From assembly GCA_943788005.1 (NCBI GenBank), contig CALSOP010000002.1, positions 338,573-402,572 of the forward strand: DNA of 64,000 bases. Reading direction: 5' to 3'. Both the position numbers and the translations under genes were made by a program. The stretch is from an uncultured Gammaproteobacteria bacterium (lineage in GTDB: Bacteria; Pseudomonadota; Gammaproteobacteria; Eutrophobiales; Eutrophobiaceae). Positions 54,011 to 63,868 of this stretch are shown here, one piece after another; position 1 is the first letter of the stretch, and each line of letters opens with the position of its first letter. The notes under the pieces are model-generated. The model was not told the origin of the DNA. It saw nothing but the letters and a program-made list of their open reading frames with translations, and did no database searches.

Positions 54011-56995
54011 TCACACCTTCTTTATATCGATGACATTATTTGTCCTGTCTAATAGCTCGGCAAAGGCTATTGGTTTGCCGATACCGAATCCCTGACCATA
54101 ATCTATACCGATCTCTCTAACCATACCTTTAATCTCATCATTCTCTACAAATTCGGCAATCGTCTTCATATTCATTACGTGGCCAATTTCATTTATCGAC
54201 TTTACCATCGCATGGTCAATTGAATCTGTTACGATATTTTTGACAAACATGCCATCGATCTTTAAATAATCGACCGGTAGATTTTTCAAGTAACCAAACG
54301 AAGATAGCCCACTACCAAAATCATCAAGAGAAAAACGACAATTTAGTTTTTTTAATTTCGAGATAAATCTGGTTGCAATCCGTAAATTTGAAATAGCAGC
54401 TGTTTCTGTAATCTCAAAACAAATTTTATTCCCTTCAATCTGATATTTATCCAATTGCGATATAATGAAGTCTAAAGTTTCATCTTTAGATAAAGAATGA
54501 CCTGAAAGGTTGATAGATATAGATTCAACTTGATTTAGAAACACAGGGTGTTCTGCTAATAATTTGAACGCTTTTTCTATCACCCAATTATCTAGCTGAC
54601 TTATTAAATCATAGCGTTCTGCTGCTGCTAAAAATTCATCCGGTGAAAACATTTTACCTTTCTTAGTTTCCATCCTTAGCAACAGTTCATAATGATTTTC
54701 ACCGTTGTGAGCAAGTGGCACTATAGGTTGAGCATAGAGACAAAACCTGTTTTTTTTCCAAAGCCTTTTGTATACGTTCGAACCACTGCATCTCACCATG
54801 ACGCTTAACCAGGTTTTCATCTTTATCATGATAAAGATGAATACGGTTTCGCCCCAGATCTTTTGCTACATAGCAAGCTGCATCGGCTTTCTGCATTAAC
54901 TCTGTCATATTAGGCACGGTCTCATTTATGGAGACCAGACCAATGCTGACACCGATCTTAAATGAATGCTCTTGCCATCTGAATTGAAACTCTTGAACTA
55001 CGTTCTGTAATGATTCTGCTAGCCGTAACGCATTCTTCAACGAGCAATGTTCCATCAGCACCCCAAATTCATCTCCGCCCAAACGCGCCATAGTATCTCG
55101 TTTTCTGACCGCAGTTTGTAACAACGAACTAAGTTGAAGCAATAATTCGTCACCTGCCTGATGACCACAAGTATCATTCACTACTTTAAACTGGTCCAGA
55201 TCCATAAAACATAATGCGTGCTCATGTTCACCAGGTTCGACTGTTGAAAGTAATCGCGTTACACGCCGTTCAAATTCCTGACGATTCACAAGCCCTGTTA
55301 GAAAATCGTGAGATGCCTGATAACTAATCTTTTCAGCTAGTTCATATTCAAAAGTAGTATCTTCCTGAATGCTGATATAGTTTATTATTTTACCTGCACT
55401 ATTCTTAACGCCACTAATAGAAACACGATCCCAATAATGGCTGCCATCTTTTCTTTTATTACGCAATTCTCCTTTCCATTCTCCTCCTGAACTGATTTTC
55501 TGCCACATATCAAGATAAACAGCGCGTGGTGTTTCACCCGATTTAATAAGACTTGGATTTTCACCTGTCACTTCGTCTATTGAATAGCCCGTTATTTCTG
55601 TAAATTTCGGATTGACATACTCGATATTCCCATTGGGATCAGTAATAACCACTGCTGAAGCGCTGGACTCTATAGCACGCGAAAGTACCACGAGCTGTTC
55701 CTCTGCTTTTTTACGCTCTGTTACATCAACCATAAAATTGACCACACGAGCCGTATTATCCAAATAGCCTTTTATATACTGACTGGAACTCTCTAACCAA
55801 ATGTAATTATCCTCTTTTGTTTTTATCCGATACTGATAACGCGCACCAATATTATTTGCAATCAATTGCTCCATTGTTTCTTCATATAGAGCTTTATCCT
55901 GCGGGTGAATTAACTCAATCCAATTTGATATATCACCCAGCATCTCATCCTTTGAAAAGCCTATGAGTGCGGTAAACGCAGGATTGATACTAATGATATT
56001 GTTATCATCATTAACAAATATTGCTTCACTGCCACTCTGGAAAACTGCCGAGGCTATTTCTCTCTCTGTAATATCAGTATGCGTACCAACCATACGTAAG
56101 GCTTTGCCTTGTTTATCACGACTAACAACCTTGCCACGTGTCAACACCCTTGAATGCACACCATTACTATTGACGATACGATGTTCATTCATAAACATTT
56201 CTGTTTTACCATCAAGATGAGCTTGTAGTTCTGCTTTTGCACGAACGATATCATCGGGTAAAATACTAGCCGTCCCTTTTTTATCTGTTCCGGTAAGATT
56301 CAGGATTGAATCAATGCCATCAGACACATAGATTTCGTCATTTACGATATCCCAATCCCATATACCATCATTATTGCCTTCCAGAATAACTTTCCAACGT
56401 TCCTCACTGGCAAGCAAATCAGCTTCCGCCTGCTTACGTAAATTTTTCTCTCTCATTAACTCCATAGTTCGAGTAGAGAGACTGTCATACATGGAGAGTA
56501 CGGTCTTAATCAAAACCTGCATTGAACCGCTCATTTCCTGATCGGCTTGTATTTTCGCCTCTTCCATATTTTTACCGGATTCAAGTGCGAGTACGACTTT
56601 GGCCATACGTTTGTCGCTATCAAGAATATGAAATGCGAGCCATTGCGTTAGAAATGAGAGTAATTCCTGAACTAGGATCTCTAAAGGTTTATTTTTTCCT
56701 CATTTTTTAGAAAGGAAATTTTTTCTAAAAATGCGTGGTGGGTAAGTTCATGTTTAGTAAGCCATTCATCGTCCTTGAAATGTACGTCCCAGAGACCTTC
56801 TTCAGTCTTGAAGTGATAATCAGCATAACTTGTCAGTTCATTAAAAACTTTATCCAGCTTGATGGGGCTTGAATGATTGGCAACATGCACAGCCAGTTCA
56901 TTTAAAATTCGAACTAGTTCTATATGTTGTTCATCTACAATTGAAATTCCAGTTTCAAAATTATCATTCCATGGGAAAATCTCAAAATGATCCAT
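54011..56995 (-). CDS. hemerythrin-PAS-PAS/PAC-GGDEF-EAL c-di-GMP signalling protein, frame interrupted twice at poly-A tracts
   Basis: Three ORFs (56681-56995 hemerythrin, 54699-56606 PAS-GGDEF, 54011-54829 EAL) form one protein with a +1 frame change in the A-run at ~56690-56700 and a -1 frame change in the A8 run at 54748-54756. The hemerythrin C-terminal motif WLAFHILDSD lies in the GGDEF frame; the EAL start KNRFCLYAQPIV lies in the third frame. Confidence 0.85.
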
Positions 56996-57455
56996 ATGAC
57001 AAATTTCTCTTTTATATTTAATTTAGTGGTGCAAGATGAACGCAGTTTGATTAATCAATTCAAACTTTTCACCGCTTAATAGGATAGAACGGCAAAACAG
57101 GGCGAATCCATCTAATATAATTATAGTAAGGTTCTGTGAGCACCATCTAAAACAATCGAACTCTATTGATTTAAATCAATAATATTCCGATACTAGTCAA
57201 GTTGACCTAGACAATATAATAGATTCTGGCAATGTATTTATGATTGATTCCTGGATAAAAAGCCACTAATCAAAAGATTTTACTGTTGGAGAAAAACTTT
57301 CTTTTTGACGGCAAATCGACTTATCAATCATACTGTTCAGGCCATTGGCGAATAAGCGACTTACGAACACTATGAACTTTTATAGTAAACTATTTCATCA
57401 TAATCTATATCAATGACTAGATTATTAATTTAAGTAACATAACTTGGAGACTTTT

Positions 57456-57902
57456 ATGGCTGTATCAAAGAAAACAATTATTAAAAATGCTGCTTTAGCT
57501 AAAGTGATCGATAGCTCACTCACAAACCTTGAGGCAGCTACTACAAACGGTGCTAAAGCATTAGTTCTTGCTACAAAAAATAGTAAGCAATCATCGGCTG
57601 AAGGCAAGCGCCTGAGTAAAAAACGCATGACACTGATTAAACGTCGTAAAACTGCCGCGGCAAAAGTAAAAAAAGATCCGATTGCAGCGAACAAGAAAGC
57701 TTTGAGTGCTGTTGACAAAGAGTTAACCGCTATTAGAAAAGCAGCCGCTAAAAACAAAACAGTTAAAGCAGCCAACTTTGAAGAATTATCTGGCTTACGT
57801 GTTAGTTGTCGTCGATTGTCTGCGTATAGCAAAGCAATTGCTGCAGCAGACAGAGTTTTGAACAAATCAAAGAAAAAAACCAGAAGACGTAAAGCAGCAT
57901 AA
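57456..57902 (+). CDS. lysine/alanine-rich histone H1-like protein (nucleoid-associated or phasin-like)
   Basis: MAVSKKTIIKNAALAKV... ~149 aa, ~25% Lys and many Ala, predicted helical. GGAG RBS 8 nt upstream. Confidence 0.6.
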   Translation: MAVSKKTIIKNAALAKVIDSSLTNLEAATTNGAKALVLATKNSKQSSAEGKRLSKKRMTLIKRRKTAAAKVKKDPIAANKKALSAVDKELTAIRKAAAKNKTVKAANFEELSGLRVSCRRLSAYSKAIAAADRVLNKSKKKTRRRKAA

Positions 57903-58056
57903 TTTTAAATTATAATATCTAGCCAACCGCTCACTAGCAGGGCGTTGGTTAGATATAAAACAACCAATTAAGCTTATAAAGTATTATACTTTACTAATGT
58001 AAAACTATATTTATAACACTGTCTTATTTGATGAAAATTGAACGGCGAAGAATGAC

Positions 58057-60123
58057 TTGAGTCAACATCCTCAACTAGACTACTTCTTAGAAAGCCTGTT
58101 TAAAGAACAGGGTGCAGAGGGTGTGGTCGAGTCTTTATCATTTCTATTTGGCTCCTTTGTGATAACGAAAGATGGTGTCGTCATAGGTGCAAACCAAGAT
58201 TTCATCAGTTTAATAGAGTATGACCTTGCAGAGCTTATAGGTATGGACGCAATGGATTTAATAACTCCAGATGAACGTCCTTACTTGGAGAGCCGGTTTG
58301 TTACGAACTCGACTGATCGGTATGAATTAAAACTCCTAACAAAATCAAACAAAATAAAATATACGATTGTTTCACCAAAAATATTTTTGGTGAATGATGA
58401 TAAGTATAGACTGGCTGAATTTATTGATATCTCCGAACAAAAGCAGGCATTGGCCAATCTGCAGAATCAAGAAGGAAAATATAGATCGGTTTTTGATTTC
58501 GCAGATATTGGCATTGCCCGGGTTGATCTCGGTGGTTCTTGGCTTGAATGTAATAAAAAACTTTGTGATATCGTCGGCTACAGTAAAGAAGAATTGCTGC
58601 AGCTAAGCTTTCAAGATATTACTCATCCCGATGATTTAGCTATGGACCTTACGCACGTTAGAGAATTGCTCGCCAATGAACGTAAAACCTATGCCATGGA
58701 AAAACGGTATATTCATAAAAGTGGGTATCCTATCTGGATAAACCTTACCGTTTCCCTTGTAAGGGACTCGAATAGGGAGCCAATGTATTTCATATCTTTT
58801 ATTGAAGACATTAGTGAAATAAAAATAACCAGGGATAAATTACGCTTCTCAAAAGAAATTGTCTCGGTCACAACCGATATGCTGGCAGAAGTCGACGATA
58901 ATTTTGTCTATCTTGCGGTTAATAAAAGTTATCTTGCTGCATTTGGTTTATCGGAAGCAGAGATCCTAGGCAAAACAATTCTTGAAGTGTTTGGAGAAGA
59001 TTTTTATAACACTACCATCAAAGTAAACGCTGAGAAAACCAAGTTAGGAGAAACGGTTCGCTATCAAGACTGGTTCAAATTTCCCGCCACGGGCTTAAAA
59101 TTTATGGATATCACTTACACACCCGTTGTTGATACCGATAATTATAAAGGTTTTGTTGTCAGTGCCAGAGATATTACCGCACTAAAAAAAGCGCAAGACG
59201 TGATAATCAAAAATGAAGAAAAGTTTCGATCTATGTTCGAGTCACTTCCATTGGCAATTTACGTATCAAAGGGTATTGACCAGGTCGCTGAATTTATTAA
59301 TTCAACATTTACTAAAATGTTTGGTTATACCATTGATGATGTACCAACGGTTAATGATTGGTTTCTTAAGGCATACCCTGATGACGATTATCGTCAGGAA
59401 CTTGCAGAAGGGTGGCAACTCGAAGTCGAAGAAGCGATCAAATTAAAATCATCCATTAAACAGATAGAAACTTATGTGACATGTAAAGATGGAACAGAGA
59501 AGTATATCCGCTGGGGATACATTTGCCTTGAAGAAGCAAACTATGCTTTTGGTCTTGACATCACTTTACAAAAGGTTGCAGAAATTAAATTATTGAATGA
59601 AAACGAAAAACTGGAGCACTTATCAGCTTTTGATGGTTTGACAGACATTACTAACAGAAGAATGTTTGATTTAAACCTGAAAAAAGAATGGCTGCGTGCC
59701 CAACGTAACGCTTCTTCGTTATCACTTATAATGATCGATATCGACTTCTTTAAAGCTTACAACGACAATTACGGTCATATTAAGGGAGATGAGTGTTTAA
59801 AATTAATTGCGGAAACGCTTGATAAAATAGCAACACGCAGTGTTGATATGGTAGCCCGATTTGGTGGCGAGGAATTTGCAATACTGCTTCCCGATACAGA
59901 TTTACAGCAATGTCGCAAAATTGCTGAAAACTGTTGTAGTGCAATTTTCAAACTGCAAATACCTCATGAATACTCTTCTGTAAGTAATGTAGTGACTATT
60001 AGTCTTGGTGTCAGTTCATCAAGGCCAAAAAAAGGTGTCGATTCACTATCCCTAATTAAATCTGCTGACAAGTTACTATATCAAGCAAAAAATAATGGAC
60101 GGAATCGAGTAGAATATCACTGA
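58057..60123 (+). CDS. multi-PAS diguanylate cyclase (GGDEF, GGEEF active-site variant)
   Basis: 688 aa with several PAS/PAC repeats, then a GGDEF domain (RFGGEEFAILLPDTD). Confidence 0.85.
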   Translation: MSQHPQLDYFLESLFKEQGAEGVVESLSFLFGSFVITKDGVVIGANQDFISLIEYDLAELIGMDAMDLITPDERPYLESRFVTNSTDRYELKLLTKSNKIKYTIVSPKIFLVNDDKYRLAEFIDISEQKQALANLQNQEGKYRSVFDFADIGIARVDLGGSWLECNKKLCDIVGYSKEELLQLSFQDITHPDDLAMDLTHVRELLANERKTYAMEKRYIHKSGYPIWINLTVSLVRDSNREPMYFISFIEDISEIKITRDKLRFSKEIVSVTTDMLAEVDDNFVYLAVNKSYLAAFGLSEAEILGKTILEVFGEDFYNTTIKVNAEKTKLGETVRYQDWFKFPATGLKFMDITYTPVVDTDNYKGFVVSARDITALKKAQDVIIKNEEKFRSMFESLPLAIYVSKGIDQVAEFINSTFTKMFGYTIDDVPTVNDWFLKAYPDDDYRQELAEGWQLEVEEAIKLKSSIKQIETYVTCKDGTEKYIRWGYICLEEANYAFGLDITLQKVAEIKLLNENEKLEHLSAFDGLTDITNRRMFDLNLKKEWLRAQRNASSLSLIMIDIDFFKAYNDNYGHIKGDECLKLIAETLDKIATRSVDMVARFGGEEFAILLPDTDLQQCRKIAENCCSAIFKLQIPHEYSSVSNVVTISLGVSSSRPKKGVDSLSLIKSADKLLYQAKNNGRNRVEYH

Positions 60124-60232
60124 TGAACAAAGCATCTGCGTACAATCAAAACGTGAAAAATAGCTACATTTTAAAACTTTATTTCAACATAACAAACATT
60201 GATAAAACTATACACTAGATTAACTTATTATT

Positions 60233-60997
60233 ATGAACTTGATTAAGCCTACAAAATTAAAGTATCTAATCCTAATATTACTTTTTGTTTCAATGAATAG
60301 TTTTTCTTTTGAGCAAAAAGATTTTGTGGCCGATATAACGCATGCTAAAGAAATGTTCGATAAAGGGGAACACGATGCAGCGATAAAATATTGGGAGAGC
60401 AAACATTCCTCTTATGGCGGTCAGCAAGGACACTACGAACTTGAATTAGGCACTTTTTATAGTCGCATGAAAGCCTTTGATAAAGCTGAGAAAACTTATT
60501 TAGAGGGCATAAATCTAGGGGGTAAATACCCGCGGTTAAATGTTAGTCTTTCGTACATCTATCTTTGGACTGGCAGGTTTGAGCAAGCATCGACACTCTT
60601 AGATAAAACTATAAAGGAATATCCAGATTGGTGGTCAGGCTACTACACGAAGGCACACCATGAATTCCTGACAGAAAATTATGAGGCTGCTAAATATTCC
60701 GCAGAACAATCATTATCTATAACTGAGACTGCCCGTGGTTTTATCCTGTTGGCACGAGCTTCTTTTGAGCTGAATGATACAAGATCTGTTATCAGTGCCG
60801 TTGAAGAAGCTATCAATATTGAACCAAATTTCCTTGCTGATTTAACCGCTATGAAAATATACGCTGTGTCATTGGCAACGGAGGGACTGAACCAAGAAGC
60901 AATTGCTGTTGTTGAAGAAATAAAAAAGAATAATGAAAAAGCAGCCGAAGATGAAGAGCTTGAAAAATTATTAATTGAGCTTGAAAAGAAAAAATAA
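60233..60997 (+). CDS. TPR-repeat secreted/lipoprotein
   Basis: Signal peptide (LILILLFVSMNSFS), TPR-like repeats, K/E-rich C-terminus. Confidence 0.65.
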   Translation: MNLIKPTKLKYLILILLFVSMNSFSFEQKDFVADITHAKEMFDKGEHDAAIKYWESKHSSYGGQQGHYELELGTFYSRMKAFDKAEKTYLEGINLGGKYPRLNVSLSYIYLWTGRFEQASTLLDKTIKEYPDWWSGYYTKAHHEFLTENYEAAKYSAEQSLSITETARGFILLARASFELNDTRSVISAVEEAINIEPNFLADLTAMKIYAVSLATEGLNQEAIAVVEEIKKNNEKAAEDEELEKLLIELEKKK

Positions 60998-61073
60998 AGA
61001 CAGCTACTTTCTATTACTGATTTGCAGAATCTTGGTTTAAAAGTCTATTGGATTATTAAATTTTCAATCTGTA

Positions 61074-62180
61074 TCAACTTGCTGTTCTTACACAATTTTT
61101 TCCGTCACGTTTAGCAGCATAAACACCATCATCTGCCACTTTAATCAAGTCTTCACTGTTTTTCATGTCAGCAGTGCGGGTAGCTACTCCGACACTGATA
61201 CTGCCATTCCATGCACCATCACCTGTGGGAACAGATAATTCGGATACTGTTTTACGAAGATGTTCCGCAAGGTACAAGCCACCTTCTTTATCCGTATTAG
61301 GACAAACAACAAAAAATTCATCGCCACCTAATCGGCACGCAATGTCATCACTACGTACTGCATGCTGAATCGTTTTTGCTAATTCACAAAGAACTACATC
61401 ACCCGCATCATGACCATAGGTATCGTTCACTTCTTTAAAATGATCAGCATCAATCATCATACAAGTAAGCGGGGAATTCTCCTTCATTGATTCCTCCCAT
61501 AAAAGTGAGAGCTGTCGTAAAGCATGACGTCGATTGGGAAGGCCTGTCAGTACATCAGTTAATGATATTTCTTCCAGATGGCGATTCGCCTCAGAAAGCG
61601 CTTTTGTACGGTCAGCAACTTTTGCTTCAAGTGTCTGGTTTAATTCTACTAATTCCTTATTTCGCGTTGAAACCTGTTCAAATAAACCATTAAGCGCGAC
61701 AAGCAGTGGTTCAGTTGAGTTATCTGCCTCTCGTTCTTCCTTCTCGTATGCTTCACCTGGACTGAGACCTGAATTAATAGCTTTTATTTGTCTTGCCATG
61801 TTCTGATCTGTACCAATGATATGATAAACAAGCCAATGAGTAAGAAATTCTAATAAGTGCCGTGCCGAATCAGGATTGTCCGGAGAGACATCTGCATGCA
61901 TGGATGTTACTTCATTTAGAAAATCATGATGTTTATCAAGATGAATCTTATAGTGTCGTGGATCTATGCCAACTCGACACATCAACCCTTCCTCTTCATC
62001 AAAATGATACTGGGCATAGTCTGCCAATTCCTTAAATACACCCTCAATATGATCAAGCACAAGTTCGTTTGCAGCCAGCATCTCACCAAACTGGTTAATC
62101 AAATCCACAAGGTGGTGATGTTCTTGATCTACTTCTGACAAGCCAGTTATAAAACTATCGTCCCAATGAAATGATTCCAT
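61074..62180 (-). CDS. hemerythrin-coiled coil-GGDEF diguanylate cyclase
   Basis: N-terminal bacteriohemerythrin with a full His/Glu/Asp ligand set (H..., YAQYHFDEEE, HLDKHHDF, HWLVYHIIGTD), a coiled coil, and a GGDEF domain (RLGGDEFFVV). Confidence 0.85.
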   Translation of the reverse strand: MESFHWDDSFITGLSEVDQEHHHLVDLINQFGEMLAANELVLDHIEGVFKELADYAQYHFDEEEGLMCRVGIDPRHYKIHLDKHHDFLNEVTSMHADVSPDNPDSARHLLEFLTHWLVYHIIGTDQNMARQIKAINSGLSPGEAYEKEEREADNSTEPLLVALNGLFEQVSTRNKELVELNQTLEAKVADRTKALSEANRHLEEISLTDVLTGLPNRRHALRQLSLLWEESMKENSPLTCMMIDADHFKEVNDTYGHDAGDVVLCELAKTIQHAVRSDDIACRLGGDEFFVVCPNTDKEGGLYLAEHLRKTVSELSVPTGDGAWNGSISVGVATRTADMKNSEDLIKVADDGVYAAKRDGKNCVRTAS

Positions 62181-62259
62181 AGTAAATATGATCTATCTAA
62201 TTTTTATAACCATTCTAAAAACACCTTAACCCATACTGATGAATGCACTTTAAATAATA

Positions 62260-62841
62260 TTAGTCTATTTTTTGCATAAATGCTCGTCGTTCATCGGGCG
62301 ACATATCTCTTAACTTCTGACGCAGATCTTTACGCTCTGCTTCTGACAAGTTTTGCATATGCTCTTTCATTTTTCGACGCATCTGTTGCGACTTGTTTTT
62401 TTTCTTTTCCCGAAAAGCCTTGCGCTCTTCTGGCGTCATGTTATTGAATTTCTCCCGTAAAACCTTACGTTCTGCTTCCGGTAGTTTTTTAAACCACGCT
62501 TTGCGTTTTTTTATCCGTTCCTGCTGTTCTGGGCTTAAATCGTTAAACTTTTGATGTCGCTCCCGTATCTTTGCTTTTTGATCAGCATCCATAGCCTGCC
62601 ATCGTTGCATACGTTGCTTGGCTTTTGCTTTTTGTTCATTCGACATCTGACCCCAACGACTCGCACCTTTCTGCATACGTTGTTGTCGCTTCGCGGGTAA
62701 TTGTTCCCACTGATCCCTGAAATCATTTAACAGTGATTGTTCTTCCGTTGATAATGAATCCCATGACACGCCTTCTTCGGCAAAGACAGCTGCCGAATGT
62801 AATAGACACAGCAGTAGTAATATTAATAATCTATTGTGCAT
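62260..62841 (-). CDS. DUF3106-like periplasmic repeat protein (K/R/E-rich)
   Basis: Signal peptide, then about five repeats of a (L/M)(S/T)PEE(R)xxxRxK motif (LSPEQQERIKKR, LPEAERKVLREK, MTPEERKAFREK, LSEAERKDLRQK, MSPDERRAFMQK). Confidence 0.65.
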   Translation of the reverse strand: MHNRLLILLLLCLLHSAAVFAEEGVSWDSLSTEEQSLLNDFRDQWEQLPAKRQQRMQKGASRWGQMSNEQKAKAKQRMQRWQAMDADQKAKIRERHQKFNDLSPEQQERIKKRKAWFKKLPEAERKVLREKFNNMTPEERKAFREKKKNKSQQMRRKMKEHMQNLSEAERKDLRQKLRDMSPDERRAFMQKID

Positions 62842-63100
62842 TATCAGTCTCTATTATTGTCTCTATAAGTTTCCCGATATCGTCATTGTCCAAGTCATCC
62901 GGGTCAATCCAATCATCTTTATCCGTCTCCCACTCACCCAAATACTCCAGGAATTCCATTGAAGGATAGCTGTCACTATTATTTTGCTCATTGGCAAAAG
63001 AGGATGGTGTTGAGAAAATCAATATCCATAAACATATACTAGCTCTGTAAAACATCATCTTCGAGCCATTCATAGAATTCCAAATCTTCATATAATTCAA
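62831..63100 (-). CDS. small secreted acidic protein
   Basis: Hydrophobic signal-like segment (MMFYRASICLWILIFSTPSSFA) then a D/E-rich tail. Exact start is uncertain because it overlaps the upstream gene. Confidence 0.4.
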   Translation of the reverse strand: MNYMKIWNSMNGSKMMFYRASICLWILIFSTPSSFANEQNNSDSYPSMEFLEYLGEWETDKDDWIDPDDLDNDDIGKLIETIIETDNAQ

Positions 63101-63401
63101 GACTCTCAGAAGATGAAATCAGGTCTAAATCATCCAACGGAACAGCATAATTAGATATTGGGGATTTCAACAGTATCATGATTGCAAAAACCATAACGCA
63201 TGCTGTTGCCAATGCACCTGTCATAATAACTGACCAATTGCTCTGCTGGGTTACGGTTTTATCTATTGCCTTATCGATGGCTTGGGCACGAATTTGTCGA
63301 ATTCTAGATAAGGTATTGCCATCAAGAGACTCAACACTGTCTTTCAGTGTTTGCTTGATGTTCTGTGTTAATTTGTCTTCGTTATCTTGATTCATCACCA
63401 A
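63039..63401 (-). CDS. anti-sigma factor-like membrane protein (DUF3379-like)
   Basis: 120 aa with one TM (VIMTGALATACVMVFAIMILL). Overlaps the ECF sigma stop. Confidence 0.55.
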   Translation of the reverse strand: MVMNQDNEDKLTQNIKQTLKDSVESLDGNTLSRIRQIRAQAIDKAIDKTVTQQSNWSVIMTGALATACVMVFAIMILLKSPISNYAVPLDDLDLISSSESLELYEDLEFYEWLEDDVLQS

Positions 63402-63868
63402 TGCTCATCTAATTTGTCACGTAAATTATGCACCGCACGCGAATAATGCGTTTTTACACTACCCGCTGAACATTTCATCGCTGTCGCTGTTTCTTCTACA
63501 CTATACCCTTCCCATGTTCTTAATAAAAAAGCCTGTTGCTGACGCAATGGTAAATTATGTAATGCTTCATCAAGCTCATCTATACGCCTATCTGCTTGCA
63601 ATAATTGTTCTGGCGTCCTGGCTAATTCATCTTCTGCTTGCTGAATGGGATCCTCATATTCTTCATCTTTGCTACTAAACCAACTACGAAATCGGTTTCT
63701 TACTTGATTAAGTCGGTACCAATCCTTGATCCGACTCTGCAAGATCGTAGTAAATAGTGGCCCCCACTCCTTGGTATCGCGATCAGCATATTTCTCCGCT
63801 AACTTGAACATCGCGTCCTGCAAAATATCCAGCGCTTCATCCTTATTGCCTGTCGCTATCTCTGCCAT
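63395..63868 (-). CDS. ECF (sigma-24/RpoE-like) sigma factor; true N-terminus probably lies upstream of the annotated Met
   Basis: Region 2 (DEALDILQDAMFKLAEKYA...WGPLFTTILQSRIKDWYR) and region 4 (GYSVEETATAMKCSAGSVKTHYSRAV). Sigma region 1.2/2.1-like residues TLEAQRELDAFLASVEQRAFR are encoded in frame upstream (63869-63931) and are bounded by an in-frame TAG. Confidence 0.8.
   Translation of the reverse strand: MAEIATGNKDEALDILQDAMFKLAEKYADRDTKEWGPLFTTILQSRIKDWYRLNQVRNRFRSWFSSKDEEYEDPIQQAEDELARTPEQLLQADRRIDELDEALHNLPLRQQQAFLLRTWEGYSVEETATAMKCSAGSVKTHYSRAVHNLRDKLDEHW

Noticed and set aside
57425-57865. 146-aa minus-strand ORF rich in Ala/Leu/Phe
   Set aside because: Antisense shadow of the Lys/Ala-rich gene on the plus strand. 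The plus-strand gene has a GGAG RBS, and the minus ORF has none.
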